A stretch of DNA of 64,000 nucleotides from Clostridia bacterium (GCA_017396225.1 JAFQMP010000073.1:1897-65896); one strand, 5' to 3'. Counted from the first letter of the stretch, positions 27,035 through 37,031 are shown. Program-made: numbers and translations. Notes: generated from the letters alone by a model not told the origin.

Positions 27035-28957
27035 ATGAAGGATATTTTGCGTGCAGGTCTTGCAGTACCTGCCCTTACTCCCGCTGACGTCACGAGCAAC
27101 GCCGAGAAAATTGCGGCAAGCATCAAATCTGCCGCAGGAGAGGGTGCGACCGTGCTCCTTTTCCCCGAGCTCTCTCTCTCCGGCTACACCTGCGGCGAGC
27201 TTTTCCACAGTGACCTGCTCCTTTCCCGCATAGAGGACGCACTCTGCCTGCTGGCAGGTGCCACACCTGACGGTATGCTGGTGGCTGTCGGTGCACCGCT
27301 TTCCATCGGTGGGCAGATTTACAACACGGCAGTGCTGCTTTCGGGTGGCAAAATTGTCGGTGCTGTGCCCAAGCTGCTCCCCTATGGCGGTATGCGCGAT
27401 GAGCACCGCTATTTCAACCCCGGTACCGCGTTGGACGACACTGTACTCCACACCCTCGGCTGCTTCACCTTTCCCGTATCCACCTCTCTATTGCTGCGCG
27501 CCGCTGATGGCGTAACGCTTGGCGTGGTACTCGGCGAGGACGCCACCTTCCCCCTGCCCGCCGCCTCTCTGCTCACACTTGGCGGTGCAGAGATTATTCT
27601 GAACCTTTCGGCTGCCCCCGCTTTGGTGGGTGGCTACGAAAAACGCCGCCGCTCACTGCTTGCACAGGCAAGTGCCACTCACACTGCCTATCTTTACGCC
27701 GCTGCAGGCGTGGGAGAATCGGTAGCAGACCAACTCTACTGCGGTCAAGGCCTGATTGCACTTGGTGGCAAGGCTATTCTCGAAAACGGCAAAATTGCCG
27801 ACGGTGATTATCTCCTGACTGCCGACCTTGACCTTGGCAAAATCCGCTACGACCGCCGTCACGACCGTCGCTTTGCAAATACCGCAAGCTGCTATGGTAC
27901 AGGCGACCTTGAGGAAGCCTGCCTTCCCTGTGCACTTGCCACCTCAGACGGCGCAAAGCTTTCGATATCCAGACTGCCCTTCGTTCCCGACAACAAGCCC
28001 ACGCGCGATGCCCATTGCCTTGAAATTTTTGAAATTCAGGCAACCGCGCTTGCCAGACGCCTCTCGGTGGTTGGCGGCAAGCTGACAATCGGTATTTCGG
28101 GCGGTCTTGACTCAACCCTTGCCCTCCTTGTCGCCGTTGCGGCGATGGACAAGCTGAACTTGCCCCACACCAACATCACAGCCGTCACAATGCCCTGCTT
28201 TGGCACCTCGGACGACACGCTGAAAAATGCCCTTGAATTAATGGAGCGCCTCGGTGTCACCGCTATGACCATTCCGATTGGTGATGCAGTGCTGCAGCAT
28301 TTCAAGGATATCGGTCACGACAAGGACGACTACTCGGTCACCTACGAAAACAGCCAGGCACGCGAGCGCACCCAGGTGCTCATGGACCTCACCAACAAGC
28401 AGGGCGGCATTGTACTGGGCACGGGCGACCTTTCCGAAATGGCGCTCGGCTGGTGCACCTATAACGGCGACCACATGAGCATGTACGGCGTAAACTGCGA
28501 CGTACCAAAAACCCTCATTCGCTTTATCATCGAGGCTGTCATTGACAAAGCACTGCTCCCCGATGCGGCAGACGTTCTCTACCGCATTATTGATACGCCT
28601 ATCAGCCCCGAGCTTTTGCCCCCCGATGCGGTCGGCAAAATTGCGCAAAAAACCGAGGATATTGTCGGTCCTTACGCCCTGCACGATTTCTTCCTTTATT
28701 ATACCGTTCGCTACGGTTATCGCCCCGCCAAGCTCTATGCGCTGGCATCAATTGCCTTTACAGGCATTTTTGACGGTAACACCATCAAGAAATGGCTGAC
28801 AGTCTTTACCAAACGTTTCTTTACACAGCAATTCAAGCGCAACTGCGTGCCCGACGGCATCAAGGTTGGCGCGGTGGCACTCTCGCCCCGCGGCGACTAC
28901 ACCATGCCCTCTGATGCAGCTGCGGCAGACTGGCTCGCTGAAATTGCCGAGCTTTAA
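27035..28957 (+). CDS. nadE: glutamine-dependent NAD+ synthetase
   Basis: 640 aa from MKDILRAG (RBS GGAGG). N-terminal CN-hydrolase domain (LLFPELSLSGYTCGELF). C-terminal PP-loop (IGISGGLDSTLALLV). Confidence 0.9.
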   Translation: MKDILRAGLAVPALTPADVTSNAEKIAASIKSAAGEGATVLLFPELSLSGYTCGELFHSDLLLSRIEDALCLLAGATPDGMLVAVGAPLSIGGQIYNTAVLLSGGKIVGAVPKLLPYGGMRDEHRYFNPGTALDDTVLHTLGCFTFPVSTSLLLRAADGVTLGVVLGEDATFPLPAASLLTLGGAEIILNLSAAPALVGGYEKRRRSLLAQASATHTAYLYAAAGVGESVADQLYCGQGLIALGGKAILENGKIADGDYLLTADLDLGKIRYDRRHDRRFANTASCYGTGDLEEACLPCALATSDGAKLSISRLPFVPDNKPTRDAHCLEIFEIQATALARRLSVVGGKLTIGISGGLDSTLALLVAVAAMDKLNLPHTNITAVTMPCFGTSDDTLKNALELMERLGVTAMTIPIGDAVLQHFKDIGHDKDDYSVTYENSQARERTQVLMDLTNKQGGIVLGTGDLSEMALGWCTYNGDHMSMYGVNCDVPKTLIRFIIEAVIDKALLPDAADVLYRIIDTPISPELLPPDAVGKIAQKTEDIVGPYALHDFFLYYTVRYGYRPAKLYALASIAFTGIFDGNTIKKWLTVFTKRFFTQQFKRNCVPDGIKVGAVALSPRGDYTMPSDAAAADWLAEIAEL

Positions 28958-28968
28958 GAAAAACAAAA

Positions 28969-29001
28969 AGAACACCGCCCCGTGGGGCGGTGTTCTTTTT
29001 G
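28969..29001. terminator. bidirectional rho-independent terminator
   Basis: GAACACCGCCCC/GGGGCGGTGTTC stem with flanking A- and T-runs, between convergent nadE and the giant gene. Confidence 0.85.
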
Positions 29002-29005
29002 TTAT

Positions 29006-29040
29006 CCCCCCTGCCGCAGCGCGCTGCGGCAGGGGGTTTT
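29006..29040 (+). terminator. second hairpin terminator
   Basis: CCCCTGCCGCAGC/GCTGCGGCAGGGG stem followed by TTTT. Confidence 0.6.
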
Positions 29041-29063
29041 GCTTGCGTATTGCAAGCAAATTA

Positions 29064-32000
29064 TCAGGAAATCGGCTTCTTGCCGGGGTCCAGGTACTGA
29101 CGCAGCGAATCCTGCAGCACGGAAGCGTATCTGCTGTAGCTATTATTCTTCATAATAGATACATAGCAGTAGTTACGGCCATTCTTGACAATCGGTACAT
29201 CGTTGACATCATTGATGGCGTATTCCGCAACACTGCGCATCGTAGTGCTGACAGCTGCAGAGGTATGCGTTGCCCAGTAGTAGGTTTCCGTACCATCAGC
29301 ATCGGTCACCTTTGCATATGCAATACCGGTGTAGCTCTTGGTATGGTTTGCAGCCTTGATATTGGTAATCGAAGCACGGAAGACGATAGAGCCGTCGGCA
29401 TTGGTAATCAAGCCGTTCTTTGCCTCAACCATCACATACTTCGCACCTACATTATCAAGCTCTTCCTTGAAATCAATGCCATTCTGCCAAGTGCCGAGCG
29501 AATCGGTCTTGAAGATAAGCGTACCGTAGGATACGGTGCCGTATTCTTTCAATGCAGCGATAGCCTCTGCCGTCATGCTGGCAGTGAAGGTGATACCCTC
29601 AGCGCCCAGCACGGGACGAATAACAGGCGTGCCAACCATGACAGGTGCACAGCCGGACGGGTCATAGAAGCCAAAGCAGATGTAGAAGGGCTCGCCGTTG
29701 TAGTCACCGAGCGAGGACTTATCCATCGGGACAGAATTGGAAGGCGTTACAGTATCTCTCAGGAAGTAAGGCTTCTTCTCCTGCGTGTAAAGCTTAAAGT
29801 CACCCTCGAAGCGGAAGTCCGCATTCGCATTCATCTTCATGAAGGACTGGTTACTGCCGGTACGGTAATCAAAGAACTCACCACCACTCACAAGCAGAGA
29901 GGAAACGCCCTTGCCCGCAGAGTAAATGATAGCGTCATCAGTGGTTCGACCGGTTCTGTCCTCAAAGGTAAAGATACCACCCTTGATAACCATAGGCTTG
30001 GAGTTCTGGCCCAGGTCGAACATATTGGGAGCAGTGGAGGTAAAGACACCGCCCTCAATCACCACATTGGTACGTGTACCTCTGGTACCGCTACCGTGAA
30101 CTGTGAAGTAGAAGGTACGTGCGCCCTCAGAACGGAAGTTGCCGCCCTTGATGATGAAGCTGTATTCCTCAACCTCACACATGATGTTAAACATCGTGGA
30201 TCTGTCAAGCGCCTCAAAGTTACCACCCTCAATGATGACATTACTGTGGTAAATCTCAAGGCCACCGGAGATTGCACCGCTATGCGACGTGACGTAGTAG
30301 AACATATTCGCAACATCGTGGGAGGTGTAAATGCCGTCCTTAATCAGAAGCTGCGCACGGAAGGCATTGGTAATCTGGAACATACGGCAATATACATCGA
30401 CACGAATATCCCCTGCATCTGCAGGTGCAAAGGTGATAGTACCACCCTCGAGAACCATTGCACCGGTTGCTGCGCTGCTCGCATCAAGCACCATATCAAG
30501 ATACGAGATATCCAACGTACCGCCGGTGAAGTTATTGTGGATATAGAAGCCGTAAACGGTATCGGAGGTCTTGGCGGACAGGTCACGGAAGGTCGGGTCC
30601 TGCAGGTCGTAACCCGCAAATTCGGGATTGCCAATCAGCGGGTTCTTGCCAATCTTAATGGCACCGGGCTGGTTGACGTAGAGCCACTTATTGCCACCCA
30701 TAAAGTAGCCACCCAGAATATTCAACTGCATCTTACCGCCCGTTGCGGTGTTCATGCAAAGAATCGAGTAGGTGTACTCGTTACCAACAAAGGTACCGCC
30801 GTAGATATTGAAGATTGCATCATCATAAGCGATGTTAATCATCTTCGCATCGCCCGGCACCTTCGTGGCTATCAGGTTAGAAATAAACTCACCGCCGTAA
30901 ATGTTAAGCGTGCCGCCTGCATAACGGTAGAAGATAATACGTGCTGCAATAAAGGTGCCGCCGTGGATATCCATATCGGTCGTACCCAGAATACTGCCGC
31001 TGTTATCGGTACGGAAGATAACGCCGTACGGCACGCGGTTTGCATTGGCGATTTCGGTATCCAGTGTAATGGAAAACTCGCCGCCGTAAATCTTCATATC
31101 GGTGGGACCCTGGAAGTTCCACATATTACGGCCGTACAAATCCTTCATCGTAAAGGTGCCTGCGCGAACAATAACCTGCGTGGGACCTGCACCGGGATTT
31201 TCCTTAGCAACGTCACCGGAGCGAGAAAGGTTGAAGCCGTGGTCGGTGAAGGAATCAAGCCCCTCAAACGTGGGTGAAACGGTCGCCTTAACCATTTTAG
31301 GCGTGCCATCGGGATTGAAGACGGGCAAACCGGTATCGGGGTTAATTTCCTGCACCATAGTCTCATGGCTACCGAAAATCACCTCAATGACACGGTTACT
31401 CCAGAACCAGTAATAGCCACCGGTAACGTAGCCGCCATAGAATTCAAACACTGCGCCGTCACCGCCGTTGGAGGTGAAAACCGAGTGACCGTACTTGCCG
31501 TCAAAGTGACCGCCGTAGATAATTAACTTGGAGTCATAGCCACGGACGTTCAGCAGGTATGCGTTATCGCGGACGGCATGGTTAACAGGGTCAAATACGA
31601 AGGGGTTCTCCTCACTTGCAGCGTCCTTTGCCGCGTAGTAGGAATTGGTAAACTCAGCCTCGGTCATCTTCTCCTCAACCATGTTACTGAGGAAGGTGCC
31701 GCCATAAATGGTGGTGGTAACCTTGCCGTAATAATCCATCAGGATACGTGCTGCCTCAAAGTAGCCGCCGTAGATGGTCAAGGTAGATGCTTTTTTAGTG
31801 TCTGAGCCAACACTTGCATAGTAGAAGAGAGGGCCATGGTAATTTTCACGGTCAACCTTTTCCTTAACGAAGTGACCGCTGTAAATCACGGTAGTGGTAG
31901 CAACGCCTGCGACCTGCAGCGCGTTGCCGCCCTTGCCTACGGTAACCTTAAGACAATCACATACACCGTGCTCGTCGGGTGTGCAGGCATCACCCTCCTT

Positions 32001-35000
32001 ACCAAAGGTAATCGAGGAGCCGCTTGCGCTGCTGACATAAATCATATCACCGCCCGTTACGTTGAAGGTACCACCGGTAATGGTCAGGTCTGCGCCACCG
32101 TATACATAGAAGAGCGTATCGGCTGCAAAGTTCCAATCACCGCCATGAATTCTGGCATCGGTTGCGCCATAGAAGGACAGACCATAGGTGCTGGGAATAC
32201 AGATAGGATTGTCATCCAAATCCAGAACAGGCTCGCCGTCAAGCATCAACGGCAGGTCTACAAAGGTAATGTAAGGAATATAACGCTTCATCAAATTCTT
32301 GACATCAGTCATCGAATTGATGTTGATTATGTCGAGCGCCTGATACGCATCAAAGCGTGCATTGCCCTTCACGGTAATACGTGCGTTTTCAAGTATTTTT
32401 GTTACCATATTATCGGCAGCATAAGTCTTGAGGATAAACGCATAGTCTTCCACAACAAACTTAACGGTATCAGTCAGCTTGAAGTGCGTGGTGTTGGTAC
32501 CGTTGCCAAGGTACAGAAGCGTTGCCTTATCACCTGTTACAAGGTAGGTGCCGCCCGAAACACTCACACGGGAATCGGTCGTCACATAGAAGGCACTGCC
32601 GATCAGGTTGCAGTCAGAAACGGTCAATTGACCTTTCGCGGTATAGAAGATATACTTACTGGGTATGCTGGCGGTAAATTCGCCGCCCGATACGGTCATC
32701 ACAGCATCAACGTGGTTCAGGTAGAAGAAACCGCTTTCAAGCACATAGCCGTCCGTATCGGTAAAGGTGCCGCCTGTAATATTCAGGGTAGTTGCACCGT
32801 TGGTCATATACCAGGCGGAGCCACCGTTGAAGGTACCGCCGTTAATGGTCGTGACAGCACCTGCCTCGCCGCCGTTGGCAGCAATCATATAGCGTCCCTG
32901 CTTATTATCAAAGCTACCGCCATTAATGGTGAGCGTGGTGCTCGGGCCGCGGGGGGACATAAAGTGCTCGTTATTGTTGGCAGAGCTGCGTACAGTAACA
33001 GGGCCCTGCGGCTTGACAACAAAGTTGCTGACAAAGGTACCGTCGTTGATAATGGCTGCAGACTCGGAATAGTACAGAAGAAGCAGTCTGGTTGCCTCAA
33101 AGTAACCGCCGTTAATCGTCAGCGTAGCACCCGTGCTCAGGTCAAGCTCTGTTCTGCTGCTGGTATCATAAACGAAGAGTGCGTCCTTCTGATTGCCCGA
33201 AATATCGGGGGTCAGCTCTACAAAGCGACCGCCCGAGATAACAACCTCGGAGTTAGCAGCGCCGTAAGCATAAATCACAGCGCCAAGAACATTAACGGTA
33301 ATCTCGCTGCCCTCAGCAGGTGCAAAGTAAACCTTGCCTGCGCCAAGCAGGTGGATAAGGTCGCCGCCCAGTGCATTGAAGGTACCGCCTGTGATATTCA
33401 GCGTACCCTGGGTAACCTTGAAGAGGAAGGAGCCCTCACTGGTGAACTTGCCACCCGTGATATTGACAATTGCATCGGGGTGATTCACGTGAATCGGTAC
33501 CCAGGAGGTAACGCCAAGCTCATACTCCTCTGCAATCGCAGCAATAGCACCAATCAGACCCTCGATGTAGGACTGAATGGTATCAGCAGAAACGTCATAC
33601 GTGCCTGCCTGGTCAAAGGTCATCTCGGAAAGGCCGTAGACAGTCAGTTTCTTGAGAGATACCGCATAACCGGTGTCAATCGGCAGCTTACCAAGTGCGC
33701 CAACCGTCAGGGTGATGCCGTCAATGGCAACATTGGTGGTATCCACACCGCCGGCAACTGCGATAAGGTCTGCGCCCGCACCTGCAAGATAATAGGTGCC
33801 GTCCTGCAGCGTGACAGCTGCAGTACTCTGCATGTCAATCAGCTTGCCATCTACGGTGATGCTGTAATTACCGCCCTTAAGGAGCACCGTACCTGCAACA
33901 ACACGTACGCCGTAGCCCTCACTAAGTGCAAGGGAGAGGTTCTCCAGATGCAGAATAGCATCTGCGTGATTCAGGGTCATCTGCAGCCAGGGCAGCTCTA
34001 CACCCTCTGCAATCGTAATTGATGTAAAGAAGGTTTCAAGCAGCGCGCGCTGGTCTGCAAGAGAGGTGATGAGATAAGGGATATTTTCATAAATGGGATT
34101 TTGGGAATCGTCAAGCACAGGATTGCCTTCGGGGTCAAATTTTTGCACTATATTGGGACGTGCAATGACAAAGTTCTGTACGGGACCGTTGACGGTCAGG
34201 CTCATCGCCGAGGTATCAAAGTTCAGGTACATCGGCAACAGCGTGTATGCCTCCAAGGTAACGTGACCGCCGGTGACGGTAACACCCGTCTTGTCAAGCA
34301 CTGCGGGCAGCAGACCTGCGCCCTCGCCAATCACGTGGAAATCACCGCCGTTAATGGCAAGCGTGTTAACCGATGTGGCGTTGCCAAGCTCAAAGAGTAC
34401 GTTATCCTTGTGCGTAGCATTGAAGGTACCGCCGTTGATGGTGACAATTGCACCCTTGCTGCTCTCAATTCGCATGAAACGACCGTACTGCTTGAGGTTA
34501 ATAGTGGGACCGTAGGCTACATCTTCCTCAATCTTACCGATGTTCAGTTCAACAGCAGTGGCGTTAAGGTGCACAAACAGATTATAGCTGTCTCCCTTAC
34601 CTTGAGCACCCTGTGTGAAGGTGCCGCCGGTAATAGTAATCGTACCCTTGTTATTGACAAAAATAGCACGGCTGAAGTTGTTGAAGTTACCGCCCGAAAT
34701 ATTCAGGGTTGCACCAACCGACTCCAAGTCAATCAGAATATTGTTTGTCTGCACGTATCCGCTTGCTTCATCAAAGAATCTATTAAAGCTACCACCGGAA
34801 ATATTAACCGTAACCGTACCGTATGTACGGATATTACGGTAACCGCGGAATTCACCGCCCGAAACATTCAATGTACCGCTGTAAATATCAACAACAGACA
34901 CGCTGCGGCAGCCGATGAACAGACCGCCGGTGATGTCAACAGTCGCAGTGCCCTTCTGATAAAGGACATAGCAGTAGAGATCACTGGTATCAAATCTCGT

Positions 35001-36923
35001 GTTGCCAAAGGAGCCCGCAGAAACAGTCAGCGCCGCGCTCTCACCCACATTGGCAGCATTTGCGGTCAACTCAAAGACAACAGCGCCGTTACTTGAAAGG
35101 GCCTCAATCTCAATCTTGGGGTTATACGCAGCACCTGCTGCATTTTCCTGCACCACGACAGTGGCAGCACCGTCAATGATGATACCTCTCTGGTCCACAG
35201 GAACCAGAATGTAACCACCCGACATCGTGAAGGCACCTGCCTGCACACGCACGGCAACATTCGCACCCTTGTAGGTGCCGCCCGAGATGTTCAGAGCAGC
35301 ATCTGCGTGATTGACCACGAAATAGGTTGCAGTACCACTTTCGGAGAAGCGGGTAAAGGTACCGTTCGCAATATTCAGGGTTGCAGCGCCATCAAGCGTT
35401 GCAAAGGTGGTAATCGCGTAAGTGCCGTCAAGGACGTTGACAATACCACCGTTGACATCAACCACAGTCTGCATCGTGTAGCTGCCGCCCATGATATTCA
35501 ATGTACCACCCTCCATAAGAAGGAGCGCGTTCTCGCTTCGATAAGTGCCGCCGACTACGGTGACGGTACCTGCCATCACCTTGACAAGGTAATTATTGCC
35601 CGTAAAGTTGTAATCACAGCCAACGGTAACAACAGCCTCTGCGTGATTGACAACAATCGGAATCCAGCCGGAGATGTCTACCTGACCGAGCGGGAAACGG
35701 ACTTTATCAATGTTCAGCATCGCCTCGATAGCAGCCTTCGCAATGGCGTGGTTCTTCTCAATGCTGGACATATCGTAAACGCCGCCCGCGGTAATCTCGT
35801 AAGCACCCTCAAAGCCCGCGATAATCATGCCGATGTTCGTCCAGTCAAAAACACTGTCAAGCGACTCGTCGGGCGTGCTTGCACCGTTTTCAAGATATAC
35901 GGCGCCTTTGGTTGAGGTAACGGTGCCTATCAGTTTGGCAGCGTCACCCGCCAGTTTTGCAGTGCCGCCCACCAGGTGAACATCACCGCCGTTCCAGGTG
36001 ACGGCTGCAGGGTTTGCATTGGCAGTTGCAAAAACAGCTGCGTCCTGTGCAGTCACAGAGGCCCCCTCATTCATGGTAATGTTGGTTGCAGATCTGATAT
36101 CAAACACCGCACCTGCAGTTGCCCTGATGTCTGCGCCCTCATTCAGTGTAATCGACGAGGTGGTGCCCGACTTACCTAAGGTAAAGTAGAAGACACCGGC
36201 GCTGCCGCCGTTCACGGTTGCCGCGCCCACGGTAACATCAAGGTTACCCTTGGTCATATACACCACGTTGGCATCGGCAGAAATCGTACCGCCGCGCAGG
36301 TCCAGCGTACAGTCAACCGAACCGGTTGCACTGAACTCAAACGCGTATTTGGAGCCTGCGCCGAGTTCGGAGTTGCCACTCACAGTCACGTCGGCCTGCT
36401 TATAGGCATAGACCGCAGAGTTCGTCGTTGCACCCTCCAGCTTGGTATCCTTCAGCGTCAGGTCAATTCCCGAGTTGTGAAGCAGAATAAAATACTTTGC
36501 CGTCGTGGCAGAGGTGGTCTTCAGCGTCAGGTTTTCAAAAGTAACCTGACCGTTTTTGACACCCACGTACACGTTGTGCTTTGTCGACAGGGAGATTTTA
36601 TAGCTTAGGACACCGGCAAAGGTAATGGTCTTGCCCGTATCACCACCGGTAATGGTGTAGGCAAAGTCTTTATCCAGCGTCACGCCCTTTGCCTCGGTCA
36701 CGTCCTTGAGCACGACAATTTTATAATTGTCGGCTGTGACGCCCGCCAGGGCCTCGGTCAGTGTGGCATAATACCCTACGTGCGCACCCGTGACATCAAC
36801 GACCTGATAGTTATCAGCGTCCGTCGGTACGGGCACGTCACTTGCAGATGCCAGGAAGACCATCGTCATCAGCATGACGAGGACCAGCGCTGCAAAGAGT
36901 ACCAAACGCAGTTGTTTCTTCAT
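29064..36923 (-). CDS. giant secreted beta-helix-repeat protein (2619 aa), function unknown
   Basis: Start at MKKQLRLVLFAALVLVMLMTMVFLASASDVP (ATG 36923, RBS AAAGGAGAG). The body is built from dozens of ~20-25-aa units centred on GGxF/GGxY (INGGTFNAT, ISGGNFNNF, ITGGTFTQG, VSGGEFRGY, IYGGEFISN). Non-repetitive C-terminal ~190 aa. No LPXTG seen. Confidence 0.85.
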   Translation of the reverse strand: MKKQLRLVLFAALVLVMLMTMVFLASASDVPVPTDADNYQVVDVTGAHVGYYATLTEALAGVTADNYKIVVLKDVTEAKGVTLDKDFAYTITGGDTGKTITFAGVLSYKISLSTKHNVYVGVKNGQVTFENLTLKTTSATTAKYFILLHNSGIDLTLKDTKLEGATTNSAVYAYKQADVTVSGNSELGAGSKYAFEFSATGSVDCTLDLRGGTISADANVVYMTKGNLDVTVGAATVNGGSAGVFYFTLGKSGTTSSITLNEGADIRATAGAVFDIRSATNITMNEGASVTAQDAAVFATANANPAAVTWNGGDVHLVGGTAKLAGDAAKLIGTVTSTKGAVYLENGASTPDESLDSVFDWTNIGMIIAGFEGAYEITAGGVYDMSSIEKNHAIAKAAIEAMLNIDKVRFPLGQVDISGWIPIVVNHAEAVVTVGCDYNFTGNNYLVKVMAGTVTVVGGTYRSENALLLMEGGTLNIMGGSYTMQTVVDVNGGIVNVLDGTYAITTFATLDGAATLNIANGTFTRFSESGTATYFVVNHADAALNISGGTYKGANVAVRVQAGAFTMSGGYILVPVDQRGIIIDGAATVVVQENAAGAAYNPKIEIEALSSNGAVVFELTANAANVGESAALTVSAGSFGNTRFDTSDLYCYVLYQKGTATVDITGGLFIGCRSVSVVDIYSGTLNVSGGEFRGYRNIRTYGTVTVNISGGSFNRFFDEASGYVQTNNILIDLESVGATLNISGGNFNNFSRAIFVNNKGTITITGGTFTQGAQGKGDSYNLFVHLNATAVELNIGKIEEDVAYGPTINLKQYGRFMRIESSKGAIVTINGGTFNATHKDNVLFELGNATSVNTLAINGGDFHVIGEGAGLLPAVLDKTGVTVTGGHVTLEAYTLLPMYLNFDTSAMSLTVNGPVQNFVIARPNIVQKFDPEGNPVLDDSQNPIYENIPYLITSLADQRALLETFFTSITIAEGVELPWLQMTLNHADAILHLENLSLALSEGYGVRVVAGTVLLKGGNYSITVDGKLIDMQSTAAVTLQDGTYYLAGAGADLIAVAGGVDTTNVAIDGITLTVGALGKLPIDTGYAVSLKKLTVYGLSEMTFDQAGTYDVSADTIQSYIEGLIGAIAAIAEEYELGVTSWVPIHVNHPDAIVNITGGKFTSEGSFLFKVTQGTLNITGGTFNALGGDLIHLLGAGKVYFAPAEGSEITVNVLGAVIYAYGAANSEVVISGGRFVELTPDISGNQKDALFVYDTSSRTELDLSTGATLTINGGYFEATRLLLLYYSESAAIINDGTFVSNFVVKPQGPVTVRSSANNNEHFMSPRGPSTTLTINGGSFDNKQGRYMIAANGGEAGAVTTINGGTFNGGSAWYMTNGATTLNITGGTFTDTDGYVLESGFFYLNHVDAVMTVSGGEFTASIPSKYIFYTAKGQLTVSDCNLIGSAFYVTTDSRVSVSGGTYLVTGDKATLLYLGNGTNTTHFKLTDTVKFVVEDYAFILKTYAADNMVTKILENARITVKGNARFDAYQALDIININSMTDVKNLMKRYIPYITFVDLPLMLDGEPVLDLDDNPICIPSTYGLSFYGATDARIHGGDWNFAADTLFYVYGGADLTITGGTFNVTGGDMIYVSSASGSSITFGKEGDACTPDEHGVCDCLKVTVGKGGNALQVAGVATTTVIYSGHFVKEKVDRENYHGPLFYYASVGSDTKKASTLTIYGGYFEAARILMDYYGKVTTTIYGGTFLSNMVEEKMTEAEFTNSYYAAKDAASEENPFVFDPVNHAVRDNAYLLNVRGYDSKLIIYGGHFDGKYGHSVFTSNGGDGAVFEFYGGYVTGGYYWFWSNRVIEVIFGSHETMVQEINPDTGLPVFNPDGTPKMVKATVSPTFEGLDSFTDHGFNLSRSGDVAKENPGAGPTQVIVRAGTFTMKDLYGRNMWNFQGPTDMKIYGGEFSITLDTEIANANRVPYGVIFRTDNSGSILGTTDMDIHGGTFIAARIIFYRYAGGTLNIYGGEFISNLIATKVPGDAKMINIAYDDAIFNIYGGTFVGNEYTYSILCMNTATGGKMQLNILGGYFMGGNKWLYVNQPGAIKIGKNPLIGNPEFAGYDLQDPTFRDLSAKTSDTVYGFYIHNNFTGGTLDISYLDMVLDASSAATGAMVLEGGTITFAPADAGDIRVDVYCRMFQITNAFRAQLLIKDGIYTSHDVANMFYYVTSHSGAISGGLEIYHSNVIIEGGNFEALDRSTMFNIMCEVEEYSFIIKGGNFRSEGARTFYFTVHGSGTRGTRTNVVIEGGVFTSTAPNMFDLGQNSKPMVIKGGIFTFEDRTGRTTDDAIIYSAGKGVSSLLVSGGEFFDYRTGSNQSFMKMNANADFRFEGDFKLYTQEKKPYFLRDTVTPSNSVPMDKSSLGDYNGEPFYICFGFYDPSGCAPVMVGTPVIRPVLGAEGITFTASMTAEAIAALKEYGTVSYGTLIFKTDSLGTWQNGIDFKEELDNVGAKYVMVEAKNGLITNADGSIVFRASITNIKAANHTKSYTGIAYAKVTDADGTETYYWATHTSAAVSTTMRSVAEYAINDVNDVPIVKNGRNYCYVSIMKNNSYSRYASVLQDSLRQYLDPGKKPIS

Positions 36924-36968
36924 AGGAACACTCTCCTTTTCTTGTATTGCGACAATGTCGCGTGTGTA

Positions 36969-36986
36969 CGCGACCGCGCGGTCGCG
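36969..36986. promoter_or_regulatory. perfect 18-nt GC-rich palindrome CGCGACCGCGCGGTCGCG in the 5' UTR of the giant gene
   Basis: Verified self-complementary by hand. Lies 46-63 nt upstream of the ATG. An adjacent hairpin GCGAC-AAT-GTCGC sits at 36950-36962. Confidence 0.5.
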
Positions 36987-37002
36987 ACAAATATACAATC
37001 AT

Positions 37003-37031
37003 ATTATATATGATTTGCAAATTTCAGTCAA
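37003..37031 (-). promoter_or_regulatory. near-consensus sigma-A promoter of the giant gene
   Basis: Minus strand reads TTGACT (37026-37031), 17-nt spacer, TATAAT (37003-37008). Confidence 0.7.

Noticed and set aside
28866-35915. Plus-strand ORFs 28866..31277 (803 aa), 31836..34022 (728 aa), 34101..35096 (331 aa) and 35307..35915 (202 aa)
   Set aside because: Antisense shadows of the 2619-aa repeat gene. The repetitive GGN-GGN codon pattern on the coding strand keeps the reverse frames open. The products are low-complexity, and the first one would run through two terminators.
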